Assembly: GCA_963779615.1 (NCBI GenBank)
Contig: CAVZZA010000005.1
Location: 672,001-736,000, forward strand
Length of the DNA: 64,000 nucleotides
Reading direction: 5' to 3'
Source of the DNA: an uncultured Nitrososphaeraceae archaeon
GTDB taxonomy: Archaea; Thermoproteota; Nitrososphaeria; Nitrososphaerales; Nitrososphaeraceae
The position numbers and the translations under genes were made by a program. Positions 10,173 through 20,989 of the stretch are shown in pieces; position 1 is the stretch's first letter, and every line of letters starts with the position of its first letter. Under the pieces are notes generated by a model. The model had not been told where the DNA came from. It was given only the letters and a program-made list of their open reading frames with translations, and did no database searches.

Positions 10173-11017
10173 GAATTGTCAATATCCTTAGACAATCAAT
10201 CACACAGCATACAATTAAGAGCTTTTGGAAAAACAAAATTATGATACAATTCACCTTTGAGGGAGTTAATCTCCATCCATCCCTGCTTTCGGGACTACAT
10301 GTTTTTATCGGATTTTGCGGTGCCCTATGGAATTTGACCATTCTTATCGATAAAGCCCATTTGTTCAATTTTGTATCCCATCAACCACCTTCCCTCAGTT
10401 GGGATACCCCTAACGCATTTACCTGCAAAACCCCCTGCCATTGTTGCAAATCCATCCTGCATAATCAACCCACTAGCCACATTGTGCTTTTGGCTTCAGG
10501 GGTTCTTGCAGATACCAAAGGCATGGTCAGAAATGACAGTTTCTTCCTACCTGCATCATTAATTGCACCATTACCTGAAAAGTGAATTCTGCTATTATCA
10601 TTACGCCTGTATCATGACACCAAGTCAATTGTTTGACCACCCACAGATCCATTTGTTCCACATCCCTTTGCTTTAGTTGATTACCTGGTAGACAAACTGA
10701 CAAATATTTTTGTCGTGGTTATTTTATTGTCTACGCTTTCCACCCATACCCTTCATAACCGCCTGCTCAAAAAAAAACAAAACAGATTCCTTTGCAAGAA
10801 GGCACATCCAAGGTGCAAGGAAAATATTCAAAGGTTCTGCCACACCACACAATCCAGTTGCCCATGCCCCATACCCTTGGGTGCCCCTCATTCTGCAGCA
10901 GCAGCAGCACCTTCAGGTTTGTCCAAAACCACTGTCCCACGCCTAAATCAGAACCATGTTTTGAGGATTTGCCGATATCTTAAGTATTTGGTGATGGATT
11001 ACTATACACATATTATC

Positions 11018-12169
11018 ATGTCAAAAAGCCACAGAAAAGACACATTACCCACAGACATACCAGCACATGAGTTGCCATCAGCAGAGCCTTTGGGCGCACT
11101 GGAGCCCATTGCTTTCTTTAATGACGCAATGCCAACAGGTGTGACGGTATCGCATAGGGGACGAATTTTTGTGAACTTTCCAAAATGGGGAGACAATGTC
11201 AAGTTTACTGTCGCGGAGATTATCGATGGTGAGGCGGTAGCCTATCCGGATGAATCAATAAACAAAACTAACCATGAAGATCAGGCCTCAACACTGGTGT
11301 CTGTGCAGTCGGTTGTAGTCGATCCGGCAGACCGGTTATGGATTCTTGACACTGGCAGCCCATTGTTTAAGCCTACAGAATATGGAGGTCCAAAGATGGT
11401 TTGTGTGGACCTAAACACGAACACGGTGACAAAAAAGATTCTGTTTCCACAGGCTGTTGCTTTACCTACCACCTACCTGAATGACGTTCGCTTTGATTTG
11501 CGCCGAGGCGATGAGGGCATGGCTTTCATAACAGACTCGTCTCAAAAGGGTCCAAACGGCATTATCATAGTTGACTTGGCGTCTGGCCAAAGCTGGCGTC
11601 GGCTAAACGATCACCCATCAACTAAAACAGAAGACATGCAGACCTTTCTTCCTTTGGTAGAGGGAAGACCATTCCTTGAACAGCGGCAAAATGGATCAGT
11701 GATGCATGGCGCCAGCATGGGCGCTGACGGCATCGCCATTAGTTCTGACGGAACCCGTCTGTATTACTGTCCGCTTGGCAGTCGCAGGCTATACAGTGTG
11801 TCAACAGACGCACTTGTTAACCGCAATATATCCGAACGAGAGGTCGCAGCCACCGTAAATGATTATGGTGACAGGGGTGGCGCCTCTGATGGGCTTGAGT
11901 CAGACTCGGAGGGAAACATATACTCAACAAACTATGAGCACAACGCCATACTCCGTCGTCGGCATTCAGACGGGTTGTGGGAGACCTTGGCATATGACCC
12001 CCGTCTGTTGTGGCCAGACACACTATCCCTTGCAACGGATGGGCACCTCTATGTAACGGCAAATCAACTGCACCGTCAAGCGCGTTTTAACAGGGGCAAT
12101 GACCTTCGACGAAAGCCATACACGTTGTTCCGCATTCGCCTAGGCATTCAACCGGTGTTGTTAAGGTAA
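11018..12169 (+). CDS. Major royal jelly protein/yellow-like six-bladed beta-propeller
   Basis: PTGVTVS..GRIFVNFP, LVSVQSVVVD..DRLWILDTG, YLNDVRFD, DPRLLWPDTL, ANQLHRQ; start at ATG 11018. Confidence 0.88.
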   Translation: MSKSHRKDTLPTDIPAHELPSAEPLGALEPIAFFNDAMPTGVTVSHRGRIFVNFPKWGDNVKFTVAEIIDGEAVAYPDESINKTNHEDQASTLVSVQSVVVDPADRLWILDTGSPLFKPTEYGGPKMVCVDLNTNTVTKKILFPQAVALPTTYLNDVRFDLRRGDEGMAFITDSSQKGPNGIIIVDLASGQSWRRLNDHPSTKTEDMQTFLPLVEGRPFLEQRQNGSVMHGASMGADGIAISSDGTRLYYCPLGSRRLYSVSTDALVNRNISEREVAATVNDYGDRGGASDGLESDSEGNIYSTNYEHNAILRRRHSDGLWETLAYDPRLLWPDTLSLATDGHLYVTANQLHRQARFNRGNDLRRKPYTLFRIRLGIQPVLLR

Positions 12170-12642
12170 TCACTTTAGTGAGGCTGCCTAAAATTGGCTG
12201 GCCAGCCAGTTTTGAATATTGACAGCCTGCTGCTGCCCTACTGGTCTGATATTCTTATACAATGACGGTGGTGGTGTGGTGTGGATTGTTCACCGTCGAT
12301 GGCATTTGTTGATTTTGGTTTCACAATCAAGAAACGTCTCAAGGGTATGCTGCCTGTGATGGCGATAACATTTCAAGTCGTATCTTCGACATACATAGGT
12401 TGATTTAAGGATAGAGGCTTTGCTGAAACCTGAGTTTATCAGCTATAAAGCTTTGTTTATCCCTTATGACTGTCTTTTAGTGTTTCATCCTTTCTAAAGT
12501 ATTTTATTATAGAGATTTGGGTTTTTTTCAAGGCCGTCCACCACCTTTTCAAGGTTCACTTTGACTTAATTCCATACTACAAACATGCGACATGTTAGCG
12601 ATGAAATAAGGTTTTTTATGTTTTGACAGACTATTACATAGG

Positions 12643-12960
12643 ATGGACAGAGGGCAAAAGATTATCATAATGGTGTCGATAGCGATAGTAAGCACTACTG
12701 CGGTTATTATAGGACTTGTTTCACCTGCGGCATACACGGAGCAATGCAAGCAAAAGGCCAGAGAATTAGTAAACAATCTGTACGAGATCGAGGGTGGTGA
12801 CAAACAGGATTTGCTTAAATCATTTGAACAGGGAAGCCTTTCAACTGCTGCTCAGAAAGATTTGCAAAATCTTAAGAAGGTGGTTGCGCAGTGTCCAGAA
12901 TTAAAATCAATGTCTCAGGAAGAGTTGGGTGCTGATGTTTCTGTTCTTGGGCGGATATAG
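12643..12960 (+). CDS. Hypothetical N-terminally anchored or secreted helical protein
   Basis: 105-aa ORF with a hydrophobic N-terminal segment and two Cys. Confidence 0.65.
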   Translation: MDRGQKIIIMVSIAIVSTTAVIIGLVSPAAYTEQCKQKARELVNNLYEIEGGDKQDLLKSFEQGSLSTAAQKDLQNLKKVVAQCPELKSMSQEELGADVSVLGRI

Positions 12961-13479
12961 GTTTTGATTAAGTAAAACGCAAAAGATGTTTTGGAGAACA
13001 AAGTGAATAAAGTAACAAAGCACCCTATTTGTCTTTAAATGAATGGATGGAGTGTGTCAAAGAAGGACTTTTTTCGCCAAAACCATAGTGGCTGATTTTA
13101 CGGGTATCTTTTAAGGTTGTCTTCATCACCGATAGTCTTGTGGCTGTCGTGGCTGCAATACCCCATGGATGTGTCCCCAATCTCAACCTTATTTTGTCGT
13201 ATAGGTAAAGGCTGTCAAGATGGTAAATCTTGAAATGTTGAGAAGTCTACCTCCTCTGCACATGACTTTGACCATGGCGAGTATCGAGGAGCATGTGTGT
13301 GTGTATGTGTTTTGTATAAACGCATACAGTCGATTGTGGATAGGGCATTGCCATACCCTGATTCATAGCAATCTTTTTTTCTTTTCAAGGGTTGTAGTTG
13401 TAGCCGTTTAGGTCGGCCGCGGCGGCAATCACATCTGCACAACCAAGTTTCCATAGCCAGTAAACAGGTTCCCTAAAAG

Positions 13480-14739
13480 TTATGGTAAAGACTTGGCTTG
13501 GATTGAGACGAGTTTGTCCGTACCTGATTCAGCCCCCCAGACATTGCCTGAACCACCATCACCATTATCTCCAAGTATCTGTCTCACATTTGCGCCTTGG
13601 CTTGGTATGGCGAAAACCTCAAAGGTTTCCTTAGAGGGATCAAAACGCACCAATGCATTTGCACCAAAGTCACTTAACCACACCATATCCTTTTTGTCCA
13701 CATACACTGCGTACGGCATAGGATTGTTTCCCGGAAGCCTCCACTCCTTCCACATGCCATCTTCAGGTTTATACATGCCAAGTTTCCCCGCATTCCACTC
13801 GCTCACCCAGATATGGCCCTGAGAATCAGACCATACACGTCTTGCGCCTTGATCGGGTGTAGGTGGCTCTATCACTGTGGCTTCTCCGGTGTCAGTGTCT
13901 ATACGCGCAATATAACTGCCAGCCAGTGACGCAAAATAAACTGTCCCGTTGGGGGTTGTATCTATGCCATAGGGCCCTGCACCTTTGGGTGCGTTAAATA
14001 TTTCCACATGCCCTGTTGAGGTATTTAGGCTACCGTAAATGCCGCTTTGACCGGTAAACCACAACATACCGTTTTTGTCAAAAGTAGCTGTATTCAAATT
14101 GGCATATCCTGTGCCCACAGGTAATGGGAATGTCTTTACACCTTCAGTGATAGGATCAACCCTGACTATGGCATTTAAACCACCGTCTGTAACCCAGGGA
14201 GACCCATCAGGTCCTACAATTACTCCATGAGGAGCAGACCCCAACCCTAGAGGTATATGGCGTGTTTTGCCGGTAGATGTGTCCAGTTTGCCTAATTCAC
14301 CCATGGCTTGGGCTGTATACCACACGATACTACTACTACCACCAGCAGAGGAAGAGGAAGAGGAAGAGGAAGGAGCAACGTCATGCGGATGAGAACCCAA
14401 CGGAACTGGAAATTCTTTAAGCGTTAGTCCATTGGATGATGGTGGTGGTGGTGGTGGTGTGACCGTACTGGAATTCTTGGTTGCCATCTCTGGTTTTTCT
14501 GAGGAATTAGAACCATTGGAAGTACTCAGCAAAGTATGGTCCACCTGATACAGAGAATTTTGTGGCGTATTTGAGGTTATATCAGATTTCCCCTTTTCAC
14601 CCGGATCACCCAATTGGTCTTGGTATTGCTGTACAGCATGAACAGATGGTATACCAAGGACTTGGAGTCCCTGGGGCACATCTAAAAAGAAAGAGAGAAA
14701 GAATGCCAAAATAAGCATCATCGAATATAATGATTGCAT
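13480..14739 (-). CDS. Secreted virginiamycin B lyase (Vgb)-like seven-bladed beta-propeller
   Basis: Signal peptide (VHA), low-complexity linker, repeated blades (PHGVIVGPDGSPWVTD, PYGIDTTPNGTVYFAS, PYAVYVDKKDMVWLSDF). Confidence 0.85.
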   Translation of the reverse strand: MQSLYSMMLILAFFLSFFLDVPQGLQVLGIPSVHAVQQYQDQLGDPGEKGKSDITSNTPQNSLYQVDHTLLSTSNGSNSSEKPEMATKNSSTVTPPPPPPSSNGLTLKEFPVPLGSHPHDVAPSSSSSSSSAGGSSSIVWYTAQAMGELGKLDTSTGKTRHIPLGLGSAPHGVIVGPDGSPWVTDGGLNAIVRVDPITEGVKTFPLPVGTGYANLNTATFDKNGMLWFTGQSGIYGSLNTSTGHVEIFNAPKGAGPYGIDTTPNGTVYFASLAGSYIARIDTDTGEATVIEPPTPDQGARRVWSDSQGHIWVSEWNAGKLGMYKPEDGMWKEWRLPGNNPMPYAVYVDKKDMVWLSDFGANALVRFDPSKETFEVFAIPSQGANVRQILGDNGDGGSGNVWGAESGTDKLVSIQAKSLP

Positions 14740-14909
14740 TATTTACTCAAATAATATTTCACATTATTGTATAAAAGTATGCATACTACACTAATACAAA
14801 AGCAAATCAGGAAAGAGAGGCAAAGCCAAGTGAATGGTTCTGTTCATTTCTTCGTTGTTATTTTTGGGTGTTCAAAAACGGGCGGTAAAACAAAAAATGG
14901 AAAGGAATA

Positions 14910-15083
14910 TTAACATTTTGGGCAATTGGTTTGATTGGTCTGATTATTCAAAGCAAATGCCTGATCATGGTCTAACATTCCTATTGCAGTTCCGATGGCA
15001 AACGTAATTGCCAAGCCGATTCCGAATGTAACAAGTTTGGGATGAGATGCTATTGCGTTTAAGATTTTGTCCTTTAAAGACAT
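14910..15083 (-). CDS. Unannotated 57-aa secreted peptide precursor MSLKDKILNAIASHPKLVTFGIGLAITFAIGTAIGMLDHDQAFA-LNNQTNQTNCPKC
   Basis: Translated by hand (ATG 15083 to TAA 14910); below the ORF-track cutoff; n-region, hydrophobic h-region and AFA cleavage motif. Confidence 0.75.
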   Translation of the reverse strand: MSLKDKILNAIASHPKLVTFGIGLAITFAIGTAIGMLDHDQAFALNNQTNQTNCPKC

Positions 15084-15395
15084 TTACACTTGAAATAAAA
15101 ACGGAATATTCAAGGCTACTATTGGAAAAAAATTTATTTGTGAATTAAGTTTAATAAACTCACTACACAATCAGAGTGGTGATAGTGCTTTTCTTCCTGG
15201 TTAAATGAAACTGGGATTGTGTACCAATTTTCAATGCTCATTTTTATTGGGTTGATGTTGCATGGCAAGACTGTGGATTTGTTATTCCCCGATTGACAAG
15301 TTCCAATTGGTGAACATTACTTGGTTATTCACAATGAAATCAAATTATGTTGACAGGCCAATATTTCAAATGTATTTGAAGCTAATTTTCCAGCA

Positions 15396-16442
15396 ATGCA
15401 TAAAAGAATTAACTACCAATTGATGATTATACTCGTTATAGCAATATCTACAGTATCAGTACCTGCCCTATTCTCAAATCCGAATCAACAGCAAGAAAAA
15501 CAACAGCAACAGCAAAAATCGGCATATGCTGCAAGCCTCACCTCGGACTTGAAGCAGGAAATCAAACAGCAAATGATGAAGCAGGACAGTTCATGCCCCC
15601 CCATGTCTGATGGGTGTAAAACAGCAGCAACAACCACAAAAGGTCAACAGACAACCAGCAACAATGGTACAGGGGTTGGTTTTAATGGTCAAGGTGACAA
15701 CCAGGGACAATTTGCTGCCTCCACCATTATATCAAAACCCCCATTAACGGGCAATAACACTGCAACACCATCTATAGGCACTTTGACAGTGAACAAACAC
15801 GTCAAATGCAATTTTACTTCTGGGTGCCCCACCGCAGACAAATTCAATATTTCAGTACCCACAAGCAACGGGTCCTCCCTTTCCTTTAACGGGTCAGAGA
15901 GCGGAATATCCTTAAGGATAAACCCGCCATTTTCTGTTTCCTATCAGGTAACAGAGAACAATCCGCCGCATGGGTTTGTTGCAGGCACTATGCCGCTTCC
16001 TGCAGGCTCTGCACCCTTTGGCATGGCCTTTAACCCAAACAACGGAAACATGTATGTGACAAACTTCAACAGTGACTCTGTCTCTGTGATAAACCCCTCA
16101 ACAAATACTGCTGTAGCTACCATACCTGTGGGCTCTGCACCCTTTGGCATTGCCTTTAACCCAAACAACGGAAACATGTATGTGACAAATGCCGGAGGCA
16201 ACACCGTCTCTGTGATAAACCCCTCAACAAACACCTTTATTTCCACCATACCTGTGGGCTCTGCACCCTTTGGCATTGCCTTTAACCCAAACAACGGAAA
16301 CATGTATGTGACAAATGCCGGAGGTAAAACCATCTCAGTGATAGCACCCCTCACAACCACATATTCTGGTGGGTGCAATGGTACAATAGATGCAGGCCAA
16401 TCTTCCGCTATCTGCAACATAACCACCACCTATGGAAAATAA
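15396..16442 (+). CDS. Secreted surface protein: divergent array-type module plus Ig-like domain interrupted by three YVTN beta-propeller repeats
   Basis: Signal ending AYA; QDSSC..DGC..KGQQ..GFNGQGDN; three repeats GSAPFG(M/I)AFNPNNGNMYVTN. Confidence 0.85.
   Translation: MHKRINYQLMIILVIAISTVSVPALFSNPNQQQEKQQQQQKSAYAASLTSDLKQEIKQQMMKQDSSCPPMSDGCKTAATTTKGQQTTSNNGTGVGFNGQGDNQGQFAASTIISKPPLTGNNTATPSIGTLTVNKHVKCNFTSGCPTADKFNISVPTSNGSSLSFNGSESGISLRINPPFSVSYQVTENNPPHGFVAGTMPLPAGSAPFGMAFNPNNGNMYVTNFNSDSVSVINPSTNTAVATIPVGSAPFGIAFNPNNGNMYVTNAGGNTVSVINPSTNTFISTIPVGSAPFGIAFNPNNGNMYVTNAGGKTISVIAPLTTTYSGGCNGTIDAGQSSAICNITTTYGK
16005..16345 (+). repeat. 126-bp near-identical tandem repeat x~2.7 encoding YVTN blades
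   Basis: Units start at 16005, 16131 and 16257. Confidence 0.92.
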
Positions 16443-17199
16443 CTTCTTCCACCCTCCGTATTTTTTATTTGCAATAATCGGTTCCTGGACGCCTATACCA
16501 CAACCATGGCCTTTTAGCCCAAACTTGATTGCGCGTATAGTGGGTTAGCAATAATTTAACATAACACTGGCAGCAGGCTTTGACGAATAACGGATATTTT
16601 CTCCCATAGCTACAGAATTTATATGTTTATCAAACATCATCAAAAAATAAGCAAAATGACAGCAGGTGCCGTGCGACGGCAATCATTAATTTGATGATGA
16701 AACTTAATTCTTCCTACAGTTTCAAGAAAAATTGATATAGAAAAAAAGCAAAAAAACACCCACAGGGTTAATTAGGCATAACCAAGTAAAACTGCATTTG
16801 ACATGGGGCGAGACTGACCCGTCAGGATTGATTGATGTAGTGATGAAACAGCACAAAAAATGAAATTCAATGAAAAACACAACATGACATCAAAGAAACA
16901 CAACAACAACAACAACAACAGAATCATATTTGAGTTGTGTTCCAAACAGTGACCCAGAAAATATAGGGGATGTCAATGTGTTTTTTTCAAATGGTTAGAC
17001 TAATCACAGACATAAACAATAGACTATAAAATCAACCAACCAACCAACCAAAACGTCTTTTAATAACAAATCATGAAAAAATGGGATTTGAAAAGGTTTG
17101 TCATTGTTGCCCGGGACCCGGGACAACACATACGTACACCTAACATAAGCATGATATTGCAAGAATACGCAAACTGTTTGTTGTGTGCTGTTAATTTCA

Positions 17200-18470
17200 T
17201 CATGTGTTAAAGTTGTAGTTTAAAAGTTCACAGTATGATAGCTTTTCGGATGTCTTTTTTTCACCCTGGTCTATCAGTTCTTTTATTGTTTTGGGTGAAA
17301 AATCAGCGTTCTTTAGGGTTGTTGGCGACTCGACCTCTTTTCTGATTATTCTTGTGACTGACCTTATTTCGGCGCCGTATTTTTGTATCAGATTGTTGTA
17401 TTCCTCGTCAATCTTTTTTACCTCCCCGGCATCGATCTTGGATTTATCGGTAAAATTCTCAAAGACATCGTATAGTTTCTCTATAAGCTGTATGTGCCTG
17501 GTTATCAACTTGGACATTTGTATGTTGTACATGTCCTTATCGCTGAACAAAATGTCTTTGTACCGATTGGCAACTTCAACCATGTTTGTGGGGAGCCTAT
17601 CGATTTTTTGGGGGTAGTTCTCAACTATAAATATATTTTTGTCGTTTCTAGGCGACACATACAGAACCTCCCTTATGGGGGTATTGCTAAGCAGGCTGCC
17701 ATCCCAGGCGTATACGCCGTCTTCCACTTCAGTCCACGGAAACCCGTAAATTGGATAACCCGAACTGGCCAGAATGTGTTTTGCATTAATTTCAATTTGC
17801 GTGTTATCAAAAACAAGAGGCTTTCCGGTCATTACATCCACAGCGGTTATGATAAGCCGAAGAACAGACGGCAACGCCTCTTTTGTTGCGGCAAGGTTTA
17901 GTTTTTTGTAATCAATGTATTTGTCAAGTGTTTTTTCCAATGGGGAATTGTCATAAATATAGGTCCAGTTTTTGGGGTTGAAGGAATTTCCACCCATCAT
18001 CATGTCGCTTGTGGGTTCCTTATTATCACCCCCATCCCCCCCCACCACCACCATTGCTGCTGTTGCAGCTGCAGCCACCGTGGGACAAACATCTTTGGGA
18101 CCCCAAATACCGCAGCATTGGCAGAGGCAGACGATATTTTCTTTGTGACATACCTTTTGGCATGGCTATCCCAGTCATAGGTAAATACATCAGGGATGAT
18201 GTTTGCAGTGCTTTCCCCAAGCTCCATCCAAAAATCCTCAAGGTCTTTTTCCGGATGGTCGGTTTTGCTTCCTACAATTATCGCAGCGTTTACCGCTCCA
18301 ATCGAGGTACCGGCAGCTATATCTATCCTCACATTGTGCTTTACCAACGCCTTAAATGCGCCAACTGCAAAGGCCCCCAGGGACCCCCCACCTTGCATAA
18401 CAAGAACATTTTCCACATCTCTTGATTTTTTGTGTCTTTGGTGGCTCTCTTCCTTTATTCGATAACTCAT
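17200..18470 (-). pseudogene. Patatin-like phospholipase split by a 1-nt frameshift at a G8 tract (or intact gene with a sequencing error)
   Basis: 5' ORF has GGGSLGA and GTSIG; 3' ORF has ASSGYP and WDGS; one extra G at 18036-18043 joins them. Confidence 0.8.
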
Positions 18471-18886
18471 CGATACAACACATTGTTTTTTTGGGGTAGT
18501 CTCTAAAATTAGTTGCTCATTTAATTTTTTTTACCATAGCTTTACGGTTGTTTTTTTTTGGGCAACAATCAAATTCCATCATAAGGGTAATCACCACATC
18601 AAGAAATGGAACAGGTGGGATCTACAATGCATATGCCCCATACGCCGATTAATTAATGGATGATTTGTTAATTTAGGATTTCAAAGGTCCGTATACATAT
18701 ACTGCATATGTATCATTATGGATTTTGCAATCAACAAACGAAACGTTGTCCAATCCCCAAAATAAAATAGCTGGTTCCTTTTTTTAAAAATTTTTTAAAA
18801 AAGATAGCGCCCTTTCTGTCTAATGTAGGGGTTGGAGTGAGTGAGGGGAAAGGAGGATGGGGAAGGAAAAGAGGGAAAAAAACAAA

Positions 18887-19399
18887 CTATTCAAGAACCG
18901 CAACCACATCATTTCTGGAAATGCTTTGGCCCTCCTTCACCTTCAGGTCCTTGATAACGCCATCCCTGGGGGATTTTATGGCTACCTGCATTTTCATGGA
19001 TTCCAGCACCACAATATTGTCGCCTTTTTTTACGGAATCGCCCTTGCCTATTGAAACCGATATGACTCTTCCCGGAATTTGGCTTGAGATGGAATTCTGT
19101 GATTGACCACCCCCACTGCGGCCTGCAGATTTTTCAATAATCTCGGCAAGCCGTGAGTGTTTTTTCAGCGTCAATGGATTTCCGTTCATCAGTATCTTCA
19201 GGTCAGTGCTTGTCGACTCTAGTATCCTTATCTCATAAAACGAGTTGTCAAAAATAAACTCAAAGGCATTGCCTTTAAAGCTGATTAGTTTCAGTCCATG
19301 GTCAATGCCCTCAATCCTTAGAATCAGGTTGTTGTCATTGTCAAACTTGACGATTTCGCCATGAAAGATTTTCCCAAGGTCATCAACTTTAATCTCCAT
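18887..19399 (-). CDS. accB: Biotin carboxyl carrier subunit of acetyl/propionyl-CoA carboxylase
   Basis: C-terminal biotinyl domain with ESMKM; operon context. Confidence 0.93.
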   Translation of the reverse strand: MEIKVDDLGKIFHGEIVKFDNDNNLILRIEGIDHGLKLISFKGNAFEFIFDNSFYEIRILESTSTDLKILMNGNPLTLKKHSRLAEIIEKSAGRSGGGQSQNSISSQIPGRVISVSIGKGDSVKKGDNIVVLESMKMQVAIKSPRDGVIKDLKVKEGQSISRNDVVAVLE

Positions 19400-20967
19400 C
19401 AGTTGTTTGCACCACCATATTTCCAGGAACTTTTGTTTGCAGACCTAATGTTTGCAGTTGCTGCTCCTCCTCCGCCTGCTGCTGCATTGGGGTTGTTGCT
19501 GCGGTTGCTATTGAGTTTCACGTATTCTGAATGAAGTATAACGGCAGCCACACCCGGCAACACTTTTGCCCCATCCTTATCCTTGAATTTGTTTTTTATT
19601 TCGCCATTCATCTTTTCGATTATGGAGAACCTGTCAAGATAGTCTGTGGATAATTCACCATTGATGAAATGACTGTCATTCATTATGGTTTTGTACAATG
19701 GAATAGTGGTATTTATTCCGTCAATAACGAACTCGTCAAGTGCATTGCTCATTCTTCGTCGGGATTCGTCAAAAGAGGAGCCCCATGCTATCAACTTTGC
19801 CACCAGAGAGTCATAAAATCCCGACACGGTGCAGCCAGGATACAGATAAGTGTCGACTCTTATTCCAGGGCCATAGGGCAAATTGCAGTAGGGCACCCTA
19901 CCAACTGAAGGGGCAAAATCATAAATTGGGTCCTCTGCGTTTATCCTGCATTCAATGGCAGCACCACTGAGTTTCAAATCCTCCTGCTTAAATGGTATCT
20001 CATCCCCACCTGCTATTGAAATCTGGAGTTTGACCAGGTCTGTTCCAGTCACCAGCTCGGTTACGGGATGCTCCACCTGAAGCCTGGAGTTGATTTCGAT
20101 AAAATAAAAATTCCCCTTGGGATCGCATAAAAATTCAGCGGTTCCGGCATTCAGGTAGTCAACCGCCACAGCGGCTTTTTTTGCTATCTCCCCAATCTCC
20201 TTTCTTTTCTCCGCGGTCATTATTGGGGATGGGGACATTTCAATTAGTTTTTGGTGCCTTCTTTGGATTGAGCACTCTCTTTCAAACAGGTGTCTGGTGT
20301 TTCCCTGGGAATCCCGTAGCAGTTGAAACTCTATGTGCCTTATCTTTTCAAGGAACTTTTCAACAAAAAGTGCAGATTTGCCGAATGCTGCCTTTGACTC
20401 GGCAGAGGCCATTTCAAACTCCTGCCGCAACTCCTTCTCGCTATTGGCAAGCCTGATTCCCCTACCGCCTCCACCGAATGCTGACTTTAACAGGACAGGG
20501 TATTCTGCCTCTGCTGCAATTTCCACTGCCTCATCGACATCCTCAACGACCCCATCACTTCCAGGCACTGTTGGGACTTCCGCCTGTTTCATGATTTCCT
20601 TGCATTTCATCTTATCGCCTGTTATTTCCATTGCATGGCTTTTTGGGCCAATAAAAACAATGTTATTCTTTTCACAAAGCAGCGCAAAGGTTTCGTTCTC
20701 AGAGAGAAACCCATAGCCTGGATGGATTGCATCCACACCGGATGAGATTGCAATCTCCATGATCTTGTCCATGTTCAAGTAGCTCTTGGATGGAGACGCA
20801 GGCCCGACATGGTATGCCTTATCAGCCCTTTTAACGTGTACTGAACTTACATCCTCGTCTGAAAATATCGCCACCGACTTGATTTCAAGCTCTTTGCAGG
20901 CCCTTACTACTCGCAGGGCGATTTCACCCCTGTTTGCGATTAATATGCTATTGATTGGCTTTGACAA
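19399..20967 (-). CDS. accC: Biotin carboxylase subunit
   Basis: ANRGEIA, HPGYGFLSEN, GGGGRG, ERECSIQRRHQK, RLQVEHPVTE. Confidence 0.97.
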   Translation of the reverse strand: MSKPINSILIANRGEIALRVVRACKELEIKSVAIFSDEDVSSVHVKRADKAYHVGPASPSKSYLNMDKIMEIAISSGVDAIHPGYGFLSENETFALLCEKNNIVFIGPKSHAMEITGDKMKCKEIMKQAEVPTVPGSDGVVEDVDEAVEIAAEAEYPVLLKSAFGGGGRGIRLANSEKELRQEFEMASAESKAAFGKSALFVEKFLEKIRHIEFQLLRDSQGNTRHLFERECSIQRRHQKLIEMSPSPIMTAEKRKEIGEIAKKAAVAVDYLNAGTAEFLCDPKGNFYFIEINSRLQVEHPVTELVTGTDLVKLQISIAGGDEIPFKQEDLKLSGAAIECRINAEDPIYDFAPSVGRVPYCNLPYGPGIRVDTYLYPGCTVSGFYDSLVAKLIAWGSSFDESRRRMSNALDEFVIDGINTTIPLYKTIMNDSHFINGELSTDYLDRFSIIEKMNGEIKNKFKDKDGAKVLPGVAAVILHSEYVKLNSNRSNNPNAAAGGGGAATANIRSANKSSWKYGGANN

Positions 20968-20989
20968 TTTACACCCACAACCCCCATGC

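Noticed and set aside
10200-11017. Short ORFs, the 100-aa extension of the MRJP ORF, and a possible transposase relic on the minus strand
   Set aside because: The extension precedes a better start with its own TATA-like box; no TIRs or clear DDE motifs found.
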